DNA from: a virus
Virus record (IMG/VR): IMGVR_UViG_3300005077_000006
Coordinates: 53,685 to 117,684 of that record
Reading direction: 5' to 3' (one strand)
Length of the DNA: 64,000 bases
Below are positions 37,680-46,927 of the stretch, piece after piece. How positions within the stretch are numbered: the stretch's first letter is position 1; each line of letters starts with the position of its first letter. The position numbers were made by a program, and so were the translations under genes. The notes beneath the pieces are model-generated. The model did not search any database, had not been told where the DNA came from, and worked only from the letters and a program-made list of their open reading frames with translations.

Positions 37680-38699
37680 ATGGACGACTTCCTGACCAAG
37701 CTCTTCCATGAGGAGCAGGAGAAGGTGGCCTCGGCGGAGCTGGACCAGTTCATGCACCAGCTCTCGACCGATGACCTCGAGGACTTCCTGGGGATCCGCA
37801 AGGTCGCCGTGGAGGGCAACCCGGAGCCGTCGCTCCCTGACTCCCTGCCCACCGGCAAGCTGGAGGCGCTCCAGCAGCAGAAGCGGGACTACGTGGACCA
37901 GGAGCACGAGGGTCGGCCCAAGAGCGTCGCGAACCAGCCCGAGGGTGCCCAGACCAGCGTGAAGCACGAGGGTCCGGGCAAGGAGGCCACGGGCAAGACG
38001 GCCGAGGATGCCGCCACCGAGAAGGTGGGCTGGGCAGATCGGTGCGGCCGGCTCTTCGCCAAGCAGGCAGCCTGCGCCATGACCAAGGCGGACGAGTTCA
38101 CCACACCGGAGGCCAAGGTGAAGGCCAAGGCCTTCTCCGCGACGCTCAAGGCCTCCAAGGGGCAGCCCGTGGCCACGCGCAAGGCAGCCCTCCAGGGCAC
38201 CGAGAAGGTGATCGAGAAGAAGGCCTTCCTTCCGGGCGCCATCGCGGGCTACCTGGCCCAAGGCGATCCCGAGTCCACTCCGAGATCTGGTTTCTGGCGG
38301 GGGGCTCTCGGCGGCATCCCCGGGGCGATGATCGGTGGCCTGGGCGGGGCGGGAATCGGCCATCTGCTCGGTGGGCATGCAGGTGCCGAGCTCGGTGCCA
38401 ACATCGGTGCGCTGGGAGGCAACATCGGTGGTGGCTACCTCGCAGGTCGTACGGCGCGTGCAACGCCCGAGGAGATGGAGCTCCACAAGGCGAAGCTCCG
38501 CGCCAAGGTCGAAGCGGCGGGCAAGGACAAGGAGAGCATGGGCATGCCGGAGAGCGAAGGCGCCGGCATGGAGAGCACCGCAGCGGTCAAGGCGAAGATC
38601 GCCTCCATGGCCATGAAGGTCACCGAGGGAGCTCCGGAGTACGTCAAGGCTGCCGCCGTGTTCCTGGCTGGCCAGCAGATCGCCAAGCTGAACCGGTAG
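37680..38699 (+). CDS. Gly-zipper virion protein with FHEEQEKVA leader
   Basis: MDDFLTKLFHEEQEKVA; long GxxxG run (GALGGIPGAMIGGLGGAGIG...). Confidence 0.65.
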   Translation: MDDFLTKLFHEEQEKVASAELDQFMHQLSTDDLEDFLGIRKVAVEGNPEPSLPDSLPTGKLEALQQQKRDYVDQEHEGRPKSVANQPEGAQTSVKHEGPGKEATGKTAEDAATEKVGWADRCGRLFAKQAACAMTKADEFTTPEAKVKAKAFSATLKASKGQPVATRKAALQGTEKVIEKKAFLPGAIAGYLAQGDPESTPRSGFWRGALGGIPGAMIGGLGGAGIGHLLGGHAGAELGANIGALGGNIGGGYLAGRTARATPEEMELHKAKLRAKVEAAGKDKESMGMPESEGAGMESTAAVKAKIASMAMKVTEGAPEYVKAAAVFLAGQQIAKLNR

Positions 38700-38713
38700 C
38701 TACGGAGGGTCCC

Positions 38714-39559
38714 ATGTTCTCGATGGCGTCGCTCTATGACGAGCTGGAGAAGATCGCGGAAGAAGCGGAGGCCCCCGCCAGAAAGCTACCGGCTCTCTCC
38801 ACTGGTCAAACGATCGGCGCGGGGGCAGCGGGTCTGATGGGCAGCAGTTTGCTCGGCAGCATCCCCAACCAAGTCCTCGTGCAGAATCTCCAGGGAGATG
38901 TGTCACGCTCTGGCCTGAAGACCACTGCGGAAGGGGCAGAGAAGCTTCGCCAGGCGATCCATCCCACTGGGGGCATGCTACTCGATCCATCGATCGGACG
39001 GCTTGGTGCCCAGCATGCCCGTGTTCATCCAGGTCGAGTCGCGCAGGCGCTGACGTCGGAAGGTGTCCCGGAAGAGGCGAAGAAGGAGTTGTCGAAGGCA
39101 CTGAAGGGCGGGCTTTCGATGGCCTCCCCCGAGACCGGCGGGCACTTGATGGCCCATGAGTTGGGCCACGGCAGGCTGCGCACATCTGGGGTGGGCAAGG
39201 TGATCGGCGCCTTGCGTGGCCCGGGCATGGCTCTCGGAGGGCTGGGTGGTGCCGCCATGGCCACCTTCGCCGATCCCGAGAGCAAGGTGTCGAAGTACGC
39301 GCCGCTCGTAGGCGGTCTGGGCGCCCTGCCCACGCTGGTAGACGAGGCTTACGCTTCGCTGAAGGGCTACGGCGCCATGAAGGGCCTCGGCTACAGCCCG
39401 GAACAACTGGGCCACGCACGGCGGCAGCTCGGCAAGGCGTTCGGTACCTACGCTACCGCGGCCATCCCACTGGTGGCTGCCCCCTACGCCATCAGGAAGA
39501 TCAAGCAGCACATGCAGCGGAGGAAGGCGCAGCGGCAAGCTGAGCTTCTCCAGGAGTAG
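38714..39559 (+). CDS. YugP-like membrane Zn metallopeptidase with YDELEKIA leader
   Basis: Start re-called to ATG 38714 (GGAGG); AHELGH, two hydrophobic helices, PTLVDEAYAS and AFGTYA. Confidence 0.7.
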   Translation: MFSMASLYDELEKIAEEAEAPARKLPALSTGQTIGAGAAGLMGSSLLGSIPNQVLVQNLQGDVSRSGLKTTAEGAEKLRQAIHPTGGMLLDPSIGRLGAQHARVHPGRVAQALTSEGVPEEAKKELSKALKGGLSMASPETGGHLMAHELGHGRLRTSGVGKVIGALRGPGMALGGLGGAAMATFADPESKVSKYAPLVGGLGALPTLVDEAYASLKGYGAMKGLGYSPEQLGHARRQLGKAFGTYATAAIPLVAAPYAIRKIKQHMQRRKAQRQAELLQE

Positions 39560-40473
39560 TGGTGGCCAATCTCGTCTTCAAGAACCTGAAGGTTCGGACC
39601 TTCTCCCTGGACTTCCTGGAAGTCATGTGGGAGATCGAAGACACCACGCTCGATCCCCATGACTACTCGCTCTACATCCTGCGGAGCGAGTCCCCCATGG
39701 GACCCTGGGACACCGTGGCCGGCCCCTTCGAGGACCGCTACCACTTCGTGGACAACAGGGTCAACCTGCTCCACCGCTGGCGGCAGCTCTGGTACAAGAT
39801 CCGCAGCGTGCGGAAGGCGGACACCACGGACGTGGTGGAGAGCGAGGCCTTCACCTTCCAGGCCGAACCCGACCTGATCGCAGCAGAGATCCAGCGGCTC
39901 GAGCGCCTGGTCTGGGAGGAGTACGCCGGCCGCCGCTGTCTGGTCTTCCCTGTGCGGACCTTCGGTCAGCGTTGCGGCAACTGCTTCGACGGGCCGGACA
40001 AGGGCAAGGGGTTCACCTCCCAGCGCCGGCGTTCCCACTGCATCACCTGCTACGACACGGGCTTCGTACGCGGCTATCTCGACCCGATCGAGATCTTCAT
40101 GCAGATCGACCCGTCGTCGCAGTCCACCCAGAACCTGCCCATCTCGGAGCGGCAGCAGAATGACACCTCGGCGCGACTCCCTAACTTCCCACAGCTCAAG
40201 CCGAAAGATATAATCGTCGAAGCTGAAAACCACAGGTGGCGGGTAGTTAGGGTCACTCCCACGGAAAGATTGAGGAGTGTCGTGCATCAAGAGCTGGTTC
40301 TCCACGAGATCGCGCTGGGCGACGTTGAGTTCCAGCTTCCCATCAGGCGGGAAGACCTGCGAAACTTTGAGCCGAGTCCTGGGAGGAACTTCACGAACCC
40401 ACAGAACCTGGAGAGCTTCGAGTCCGAGGCCATCAAGCACGCCTTCGCGGTGTACGGGTACCGGCGGCCATGA
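39559..40473 (+). CDS. putative neck/head-completion protein with Zn finger
   Basis: CGNC...CITCYDTGFVRGY motif; FN3-like N-terminus; upstream of tail terminator and sheath. Confidence 0.5.
   Translation: MVANLVFKNLKVRTFSLDFLEVMWEIEDTTLDPHDYSLYILRSESPMGPWDTVAGPFEDRYHFVDNRVNLLHRWRQLWYKIRSVRKADTTDVVESEAFTFQAEPDLIAAEIQRLERLVWEEYAGRRCLVFPVRTFGQRCGNCFDGPDKGKGFTSQRRRSHCITCYDTGFVRGYLDPIEIFMQIDPSSQSTQNLPISERQQNDTSARLPNFPQLKPKDIIVEAENHRWRVVRVTPTERLRSVVHQELVLHEIALGDVEFQLPIRREDLRNFEPSPGRNFTNPQNLESFESEAIKHAFAVYGYRRP
40186..40214 (+). promoter_or_regulatory. possible internal sigma70 promoter
   Basis: TTCCCA-N17-TATAAT within an AT-shifted codon patch, upstream of tail genes. Confidence 0.35.
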
Positions 40474-40841
40474 TCAGCTACGAAGCTTTCCACGAAGAGG
40501 TTGTGAAGATCGCCCAGGAGGAAGAGGAGCGGAAGAAGAAGCCGTTCATCACCAAGGAGACCCTGAAGCGCCTAGCCATCGCCGTGCCGGTAGCAGCGGC
40601 TGGGGCGGGGCTGGGACACGGGATCGGAAAGCTGGTGGGGCGGTACGCATTGTCGGACAAGGCCGTTTCGGCCATGAAAGGGCTGGCAGCGAAGCACCCG
40701 ATCGGTGCTTCGGTGGCCAAGAAGCTCCCCGCTGTCGCTGGCGGTCTAGCAGCGGGAGCAGGGGCGCTTCAGGTGTTGAAGAACAAGAAGGTGCGCGAGT
40801 ACCTAGAGGGCAAGCAGGATGAAGCCGAGCGATCCCAGTAG
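40470..40841 (+). CDS. small membrane-type protein with FHEEVVKIA leader
   Basis: MISYEAFHEEVVKIA; two Gly/Ala hydrophobic helices. Confidence 0.65.
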   Translation: MISYEAFHEEVVKIAQEEEERKKKPFITKETLKRLAIAVPVAAAGAGLGHGIGKLVGRYALSDKAVSAMKGLAAKHPIGASVAKKLPAVAGGLAAGAGALQVLKNKKVREYLEGKQDEAERSQ

Positions 40842-41646
40842 CACGGTTCATACGGCCAGTGAGCTCCAAGAGGGCTGGCTGAACGATCCGTTGAACTACA
40901 TGGTGAAGGCGTTCGTCGCTTTCCTGCAGACGATCTTCGAGTCCGCTCCGGTCGGGCAGTTCCACTGGCGCCCAGAGCTCGCGGAGACGGAACTGGTGAT
41001 CACGGAGGAGAACCCGGTGAACCTCGAAGCCATCGAGCAGAAGCCGGCGATCTCCGTGATCCTGGGGCCCACGCGCTTCAACGGAACCGCCCTGGATGAC
41101 CTGCTCCACGTGTCCGCCGTGGACGCCAGGGAGATCCATACCGACCTCATCCCGGGCAACGTCTCCCTCAACTGCATGTCCAGAGTGCCGCAAGAGGCCA
41201 GGTTCATCGCATGGATCTGCGCCCGCACCATTTGGAACCTGCGGAAGATCTTCATCAAGGAGACCCACATCCATGAGGTGGGCCGAACCATCACGATCGG
41301 CTCGGTCAGCCCTGCGGGTGCGCTGGTCCAGGGTGACACCGAAGGTGAGTGGCACTCGGTTCCCGTGTCCTGCCCCTTCTTCATGCAGTGGACCGACACG
41401 GTGACGCCGCTCAAGCACGACTGGAGTGGCCGCCCCATCCATAGGCTTCAAGCGGTGGAGATGGCGTTCAAGACGCGCATGGGCATCGCCCAGCCGAACC
41501 TAACGCATACCCAGGACGCGGGAGCGCGCATGTGGGGAGAGCAAGCTCGACCCATCAGGGCGCCACGAATCCGGGGTAGGACGATCCAAACAGAGCCCCA
41601 GCCAAGCACGCAGTCGCGACCGCTGGAGGTGAAGGCCAAGGTCTAG
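40819..41646 (+). CDS. putative tail terminator/completion protein
   Basis: Immediately upstream of the sheath; alpha/beta pattern (KPAISVILG, SLNCMSR..EARFIA). Confidence 0.5.
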   Translation: MKPSDPSSTVHTASELQEGWLNDPLNYMVKAFVAFLQTIFESAPVGQFHWRPELAETELVITEENPVNLEAIEQKPAISVILGPTRFNGTALDDLLHVSAVDAREIHTDLIPGNVSLNCMSRVPQEARFIAWICARTIWNLRKIFIKETHIHEVGRTITIGSVSPAGALVQGDTEGEWHSVPVSCPFFMQWTDTVTPLKHDWSGRPIHRLQAVEMAFKTRMGIAQPNLTHTQDAGARMWGEQARPIRAPRIRGRTIQTEPQPSTQSRPLEVKAKV

Positions 41647-41661
41647 TGAAGGAGGCCCGCA

Positions 41662-44600
41662 ATGGCTACTGAGTTGCTTCAACCAGGCGTGTCCGTCATC
41701 CAGGAGTTCCGGACCGTCAGCCCGACGATCATCACTCCGACGCTGGTTCCCTGCGCCGTTGCGCCGGCCTTCCAGATCTTGGAAGCTCTGGAGACCGACT
41801 CCACAGGGAACCAGGTCGTGAACTCGGACGCAGTGGCTTCGGTGCCGGCGAGCATCGAGGCCCTGAACCCGGGTGACTACGCCGGTCTGGACGGACTGAC
41901 CCTCAAGGTCAGCGTGAACGGGGGCCCAGCCCAGGAGTTCACGTTCTCCGACCCCACCGCGCTGAACCTGAGCGCCCTGGCCGCGAAGGACCAGATCGCC
42001 GCGTCGAGCCCGGCTCCCACGGGATTCGGTGCCTACGTGATCACCAAGGGGGCCTCCGAGTACCTCCAGCTCCGGACCACGGGCAAGGGGGACGGCCAGA
42101 CCCTGAAGATCCTCGACGGGACGGCCAACACCATCCTCGGGTTCTCCGAGAACTACGAGGCCGAGGGCGTCTCGACCTACAAGCAGGATGACGTCCACAT
42201 CAACCAGGCCGTCTTCCCCGACCCCCGAGGCATCATCGACGAGCTCGACGTGGACGAGACCAGCATCAGGGTCTTCGTCAACACCGGCTCCGCCCTGCGG
42301 GAGTTCAAGCGGGACGAGACCTTCCTGCGGAAGCTCAAGGAGGCCATCTACACCTCCGCGGCGATCACCTTCCCGACCACCACCCTGACGGGGAAGAAGT
42401 TCTCCTTCAAGGATGGCAAGGGAGGGACCACGCAGGAGTACACCTTCGCGGGTGAGATGGCCAACGTCGCCGCCCTGGTGGCCGCGATGAACGGCTTCAT
42501 CGGCTCGACCAAGCTGTACGCCAACGGCGCCACGAAGATCGACTTCGTGACGACCAACGGCTACTTCGAGGTGGTGACTCCTTCCTCCGCCTCGGCGCAC
42601 GCCATCATCGGCTGGACCGACGGGGCCAAGGCCTACACGCTCGAGCCGGTGGACGATGGCGACGGGGACTCCCGCACCCCGATCATCGTGGCCGACCGGG
42701 ACAACTTCAACGCGCCCTCGGGCGAGGCGACCCTCACGGGTTCGGCCACACTGGGCGCGACCGAGCAGTACATCAACAACCTGACCCTGCAGGTGGCGCT
42801 GGACGGTGAGCGCATGCAGGAGGTCACCTTCGTCGGCAAGCCACTGGTCGGTGGGGCGGTCTTCGGTCTCGCCAACACGCTCGACACGGAGACCCTGACC
42901 TTCGAGGTGAACGGGGTCAGCAAGTCCTGCACCTTCTCCGGCACCGATCCCATCGCCATCGCCACGGCCATCGCGCAGATCAACGCGGCCGCGGGCACCA
43001 CGGTGGCCTACGAGTCGAACTCCTCCGGCGTGCCCACGGTGGGCGGCGGCTACCTGGCCTTCCGGGTGGGCGGCGCCACGGCCATCCCGGGTGGGGATGT
43101 CCAGCTCAAGTACCAGGGTGCCGGCGACGACAACACCTGGACCGACCTGGGCTACGCCTCCGCCATCGGTGCGGACAAGAAGCAGACCCTGAAGCTGGAT
43201 GCTCCGGCGGAGAGCAGCGACATCGTGCGGCAGATCAACGCCACGATGGGCACCGGCTTCGCGGATGACGACGGCACGGGCAAGCTCGAGCTGATGTCCA
43301 CGCTCAAGGGTGCCGAGTCCAAGCTCGAGATCGGGCTGGGCACGGCCAACACCCTCCTGGGCCTCACGGACTCGGCGGTGGTGACGGGAGCCCCCTTCGC
43401 ACCCAAGATCGGGGACGGTGTGTGGGCGGACGGCGCCTTCATCGGCAACATCGCCCAGGTGATGCCGGGTGGGTACAACAACCGCCTGAAGCTGGACCGG
43501 GAGGTGGCGCTGACCTTCGGGGCGGCGGCCTTCTACATCCAGGCCCAGAGCATCCCCAGCACGCTGCCGGTCGATCGGCCCACTCCGGACCTCGTGGTGG
43601 ACCTGGCCGGCCAGGTCCACGTCAAGCACGACGTGCTCCGCGACACCGAGGGCAACCCCATCAACGCGGTGGGCTCGCTCGTCATCGCCTACGAGGCGCT
43701 CCGGCTGGACGTGACGCCCAAGGCGGCGAACCCCGGGCTGCTCACCCTCGACGACACGACTGCTCTCGAGGACGCCCTCGCCCCGGTCAACACGGACAAC
43801 CCGCTGGCGCTCATGCTGTACTTCATGCTCATCAACGCCCCGGGCGTGTCCGTCGTCGGCATCGGCGTGGACGCGGTGAGCTCGAGCAACCCGGATGGCA
43901 CCCCGCAGGCCTACGCCCGCGCGCTGTCCTTCCTGGAGAGCGAGGAGGTCTACGCGCTGGCCCCGGCCTCCCAGGATCCCACGGTCCACCAGCTCTTCCA
44001 GACCCACGTCAACGCGATGTCCGACCCGGACGCCAAGGGGGAGCGCATCGTCTTCATCAACCCGGAGATGCCGGGTGAGGCGATCCCCGACCTGGTGGTC
44101 AGCGGCACCGACGGCGACAGCACCGCCGTCACCAACGAGTTCGACACCAAGCTGGCCAGCCTGGCGGCAGATGTCCTGGCCGCCGGCGTCGACCCCACGG
44201 GCACCATCCCGGTCTCCGAGGGGCTCTACCTCGACATCTCGGCGGACGCGAAGCGGTACAACATCGCGTCCATCTCCGGCACCAAGGTCACCATCCGGGT
44301 GGCCTTCGCCCCGGGCGAGAACGACGACGGCTTCTACTCGACCAGCAACCTGCCCACCACGCTGATCTCGGAGACCTTCTCCGTCAACGTGAGGGGTGCG
44401 GACCTGGTGGACACCAACGGTGACCCGGACTACGCCGAGATCGCTCAGGCCTACCAGGACCTCGGCAAGTCCTACGCCGACCGCCGGGTGATCATGGTGG
44501 CCCCGGAGGAGGTGGGAGCGCAGGTCGACAACCTCGAGCAGAAGATCAAGGGCTACTACCTCTGCGCGGCCATCGCCGGCATGGTCGGCCAGCAGCCGCC

Positions 44601-45069
44601 GCAGCAGGGCTTCACCAACTTCCCGATCTCCGGCTTCACCCGGGTCTTCGGCTCCAACGACGTGTTCAAGCAGACGAACATGAACGTGGGCGCCGCGGGA
44701 GGCACCTACTGGGTCATCCAGGAGGTGGCCGGTGGCCCGCTCACCTGCCGGCACCAGCTCACCACGGACCTGACCAGCATCGAGACCCGCGAGCTCTCCA
44801 TCACCAAGGTGGTGGACTTCACCGCGAAGTTCATGCGGGCCGGGCTGCGGAACTTCATCGGGAAGTTCAACATCACCCAGCCCTTCCTGGACACGCTGAG
44901 CACGGTGGTGCAGGGTCAGCTCAGCTTCCTGACCGAGTCCGGGGTCATCATCGGAGGCGAGCTGAACAACATCGTCCAGGACAAGTCGGCGCCGGACACG
45001 GTGCTGATCGATGTGACCCTGGATGTGCCGTACCCCTGCAACTACATCCGCCTGACCCTGGTCATCTGA
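41662..45069 (+). CDS. contractile tail sheath protein
   Basis: N-terminal PGVSVIQEF; C-terminal RHQLTTD, ELSITKVVD and VPYPCNYIRLTL; 1135 aa with inserted domains. Confidence 0.9.
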   Translation: MATELLQPGVSVIQEFRTVSPTIITPTLVPCAVAPAFQILEALETDSTGNQVVNSDAVASVPASIEALNPGDYAGLDGLTLKVSVNGGPAQEFTFSDPTALNLSALAAKDQIAASSPAPTGFGAYVITKGASEYLQLRTTGKGDGQTLKILDGTANTILGFSENYEAEGVSTYKQDDVHINQAVFPDPRGIIDELDVDETSIRVFVNTGSALREFKRDETFLRKLKEAIYTSAAITFPTTTLTGKKFSFKDGKGGTTQEYTFAGEMANVAALVAAMNGFIGSTKLYANGATKIDFVTTNGYFEVVTPSSASAHAIIGWTDGAKAYTLEPVDDGDGDSRTPIIVADRDNFNAPSGEATLTGSATLGATEQYINNLTLQVALDGERMQEVTFVGKPLVGGAVFGLANTLDTETLTFEVNGVSKSCTFSGTDPIAIATAIAQINAAAGTTVAYESNSSGVPTVGGGYLAFRVGGATAIPGGDVQLKYQGAGDDNTWTDLGYASAIGADKKQTLKLDAPAESSDIVRQINATMGTGFADDDGTGKLELMSTLKGAESKLEIGLGTANTLLGLTDSAVVTGAPFAPKIGDGVWADGAFIGNIAQVMPGGYNNRLKLDREVALTFGAAAFYIQAQSIPSTLPVDRPTPDLVVDLAGQVHVKHDVLRDTEGNPINAVGSLVIAYEALRLDVTPKAANPGLLTLDDTTALEDALAPVNTDNPLALMLYFMLINAPGVSVVGIGVDAVSSSNPDGTPQAYARALSFLESEEVYALAPASQDPTVHQLFQTHVNAMSDPDAKGERIVFINPEMPGEAIPDLVVSGTDGDSTAVTNEFDTKLASLAADVLAAGVDPTGTIPVSEGLYLDISADAKRYNIASISGTKVTIRVAFAPGENDDGFYSTSNLPTTLISETFSVNVRGADLVDTNGDPDYAEIAQAYQDLGKSYADRRVIMVAPEEVGAQVDNLEQKIKGYYLCAAIAGMVGQQPPQQGFTNFPISGFTRVFGSNDVFKQTNMNVGAAGGTYWVIQEVAGGPLTCRHQLTTDLTSIETRELSITKVVDFTAKFMRAGLRNFIGKFNITQPFLDTLSTVVQGQLSFLTESGVIIGGELNNIVQDKSAPDTVLIDVTLDVPYPCNYIRLTLVI

Positions 45070-45075
45070 GGCGCG

Positions 45076-46191
45076 ATGGTCGGTCTACGCAAACTCGGGG
45101 CTGAGCCTGCTCTGGCAGAGGCTCAGCCCCAGCCCGTCACCACCCCGCAGGGGTTCCGTGCGGCCGTGCTTGCACACGAGCTCGGCCATGCCACGGACTT
45201 CGAGGGACGGCGCCTTCCTGCCCTTCGGAAGGCGATAGAGCGTGGGATGTGGCTGGGTGGTCAAGGGGCGTCGATCCTCGGCATCGCCAGGGGGCGTCCC
45301 ATCGCTGCTGGGCTTGGCGATCTAGTCGCAGACCTGCCCACGCTCACTTCTGAGGGAGTGGCCAGCCTTCGTGGCTACAAGGCGTTGAAGGGAACGGGAG
45401 CGTACACCCCCGAGCAGCTCGCCAACATCCGCAACACCCTCCTGTCGGCTGGTTCCACCTACGCAGGCCGCACGCTCATGGATGTTGGTCAGTCCGCGGG
45501 CATGGCCGCTCTCCAGCGGGCTGGGAAGCTGGAAGATCTGGTGTCGGCTGGCGGTCCACTGGTGATCGCGCTGCCTTTCCTGGCGAAGGCTGGGGTGGGT
45601 GCGGGTCTTGGCGCACTCTTCTCCCGCACAGCGAAGAAGAACCCTCTCCTGGAGGAGGCGAAGGCAGAAGATCTGCGGCAGCAGATGGGCGTGAAGGGGC
45701 AGATCTACAAGGGTGCGCCGAAGCTCCTCGAGGACAACGCGCTCTACCTGCCTCCCGGACAGCATGAGGGTTGGTTCCGGAAGTCCGTAGAGCAAGATCT
45801 GGGTCGGCTCCTTGCTGGCCGACCCAGCAAGAAGACCGTGCGGCAGCTCATGGAAGAGGGCGGCGTGGTCATGCCTCTCTCCAAGCCCCCCAAGGAGAAG
45901 AAGGCAGAGGCGGAGCAGCCCAAGAAGAAGTCGTTGATCGGACGCATCGGCAAAGGGATCGGGCTGGGTGCTGTGACGCTGGGAACGGGTGCGGGGATCC
46001 TTGCTGCCTCAGATCCCGAGGCCACCAAGGAGGTCTACCAGACGGTGAAGGGGTGGCGGCTCGCCAAGGGCAGCCTCAAGGACCTCGGGAGAGCCCTGAA
46101 GAACATGAAGTTGGGTAGCGCTGCTCCGGCATCGTGTGAGAAACTCTCAAGTGCGCACTGGCCTACGTTGGCCAAGGTGCTAGTCAAGTAG
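45076..46191 (+). CDS. second YugP-like membrane Zn metallopeptidase
   Basis: AHELGH, PTLTSEGVASLRGY and AGSTYA; paralogous to 38714..39559; several hydrophobic helices. Confidence 0.7.
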   Translation: MVGLRKLGAEPALAEAQPQPVTTPQGFRAAVLAHELGHATDFEGRRLPALRKAIERGMWLGGQGASILGIARGRPIAAGLGDLVADLPTLTSEGVASLRGYKALKGTGAYTPEQLANIRNTLLSAGSTYAGRTLMDVGQSAGMAALQRAGKLEDLVSAGGPLVIALPFLAKAGVGAGLGALFSRTAKKNPLLEEAKAEDLRQQMGVKGQIYKGAPKLLEDNALYLPPGQHEGWFRKSVEQDLGRLLAGRPSKKTVRQLMEEGGVVMPLSKPPKEKKAEAEQPKKKSLIGRIGKGIGLGAVTLGTGAGILAASDPEATKEVYQTVKGWRLAKGSLKDLGRALKNMKLGSAAPASCEKLSSAHWPTLAKVLVK

Positions 46192-46201
46192 GAGGATCAA
46201 G

Positions 46202-46915
46202 ATGGCTACTTTCAGCTCACCGGCGCTGCTTCCCATGCGGAAGAGATGCGCCAAGTGTGGGCTGGAGAAGCCTCTCACGGAGTTCTACCGGCGTGAGATG
46301 TCTACCGATGGGCGCCAGGGACGATGCAAGGAATGCGAGAAGCAACGGCGCAAGGAGCGCTACCGGAAGATCGAAGCGGCCGATGGTCTTCGTGACCTGG
46401 AGCAGAGAGTCAGAGTCTTGGAGCTGCGGGCAGATCTCCATAAGGGAACGAAGGTCTGCGCGAAGTGTGTGCAGGTGAAGCCCCTGGAGGAATTCCACCG
46501 GAACAAGCGCCTGAAGGACGGGCGCAACTCCTACTGCAAGTCCTGCACATCCTGCATGACGAAGACGTACCGCGCCCGGACCCCAGGAGATCGGCTAGCG
46601 CTTTCTCTGAACACCGCGCGCACCACATCACGCCGAAAGGGCCTCCCCTTCACGCTAGTCCTTGAAGATGTGGTCTCGTTATGGAAAGCACAACAGGGTT
46701 TGTGCGCATACTCCGGTGTTGAGATGGCCTACGATGGACAAGGTGGGCCCACAAGTGTCAGCATTGATCGCGTTGATAGCACGAAGGGGTATACGAAGGA
46801 TAACATCGTGCTGGCATGTACGCAGGTCAACGTGATGAAACGACACTTGCACCTCAACGATTTCGTTGAATGGTGCAAAAAGGTAGTCGATCATCAACAC
46901 CGGAAACGCGGCTAA
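46202..46915 (+). mobile_element. free-standing HNH-type homing endonuclease gene
   Basis: Two CAKC..KPL.EF.R..DGR..CK.C repeats; CAYSG...SIDRVDSTKGYTKDNIVLAC..VN nuclease core; lower-GC 3' half. Confidence 0.8.
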
Positions 46916-46927
46916 AGGAGCGAAATC

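Noticed and set aside
38042-38713. N-terminal 224 aa of the 505-aa ORF
   Set aside because: Overlaps gene 37680..38699 out of frame; the real start is ATG 38714 with GGAGG
41500-44754. Long antisense ORFs (also 35847..38486, 32006..33736, 18896..20581, 13269..14789, 4498..5967)
   Set aside because: Shadows of GC3-rich genes on the opposite strand; no RBS or motifs
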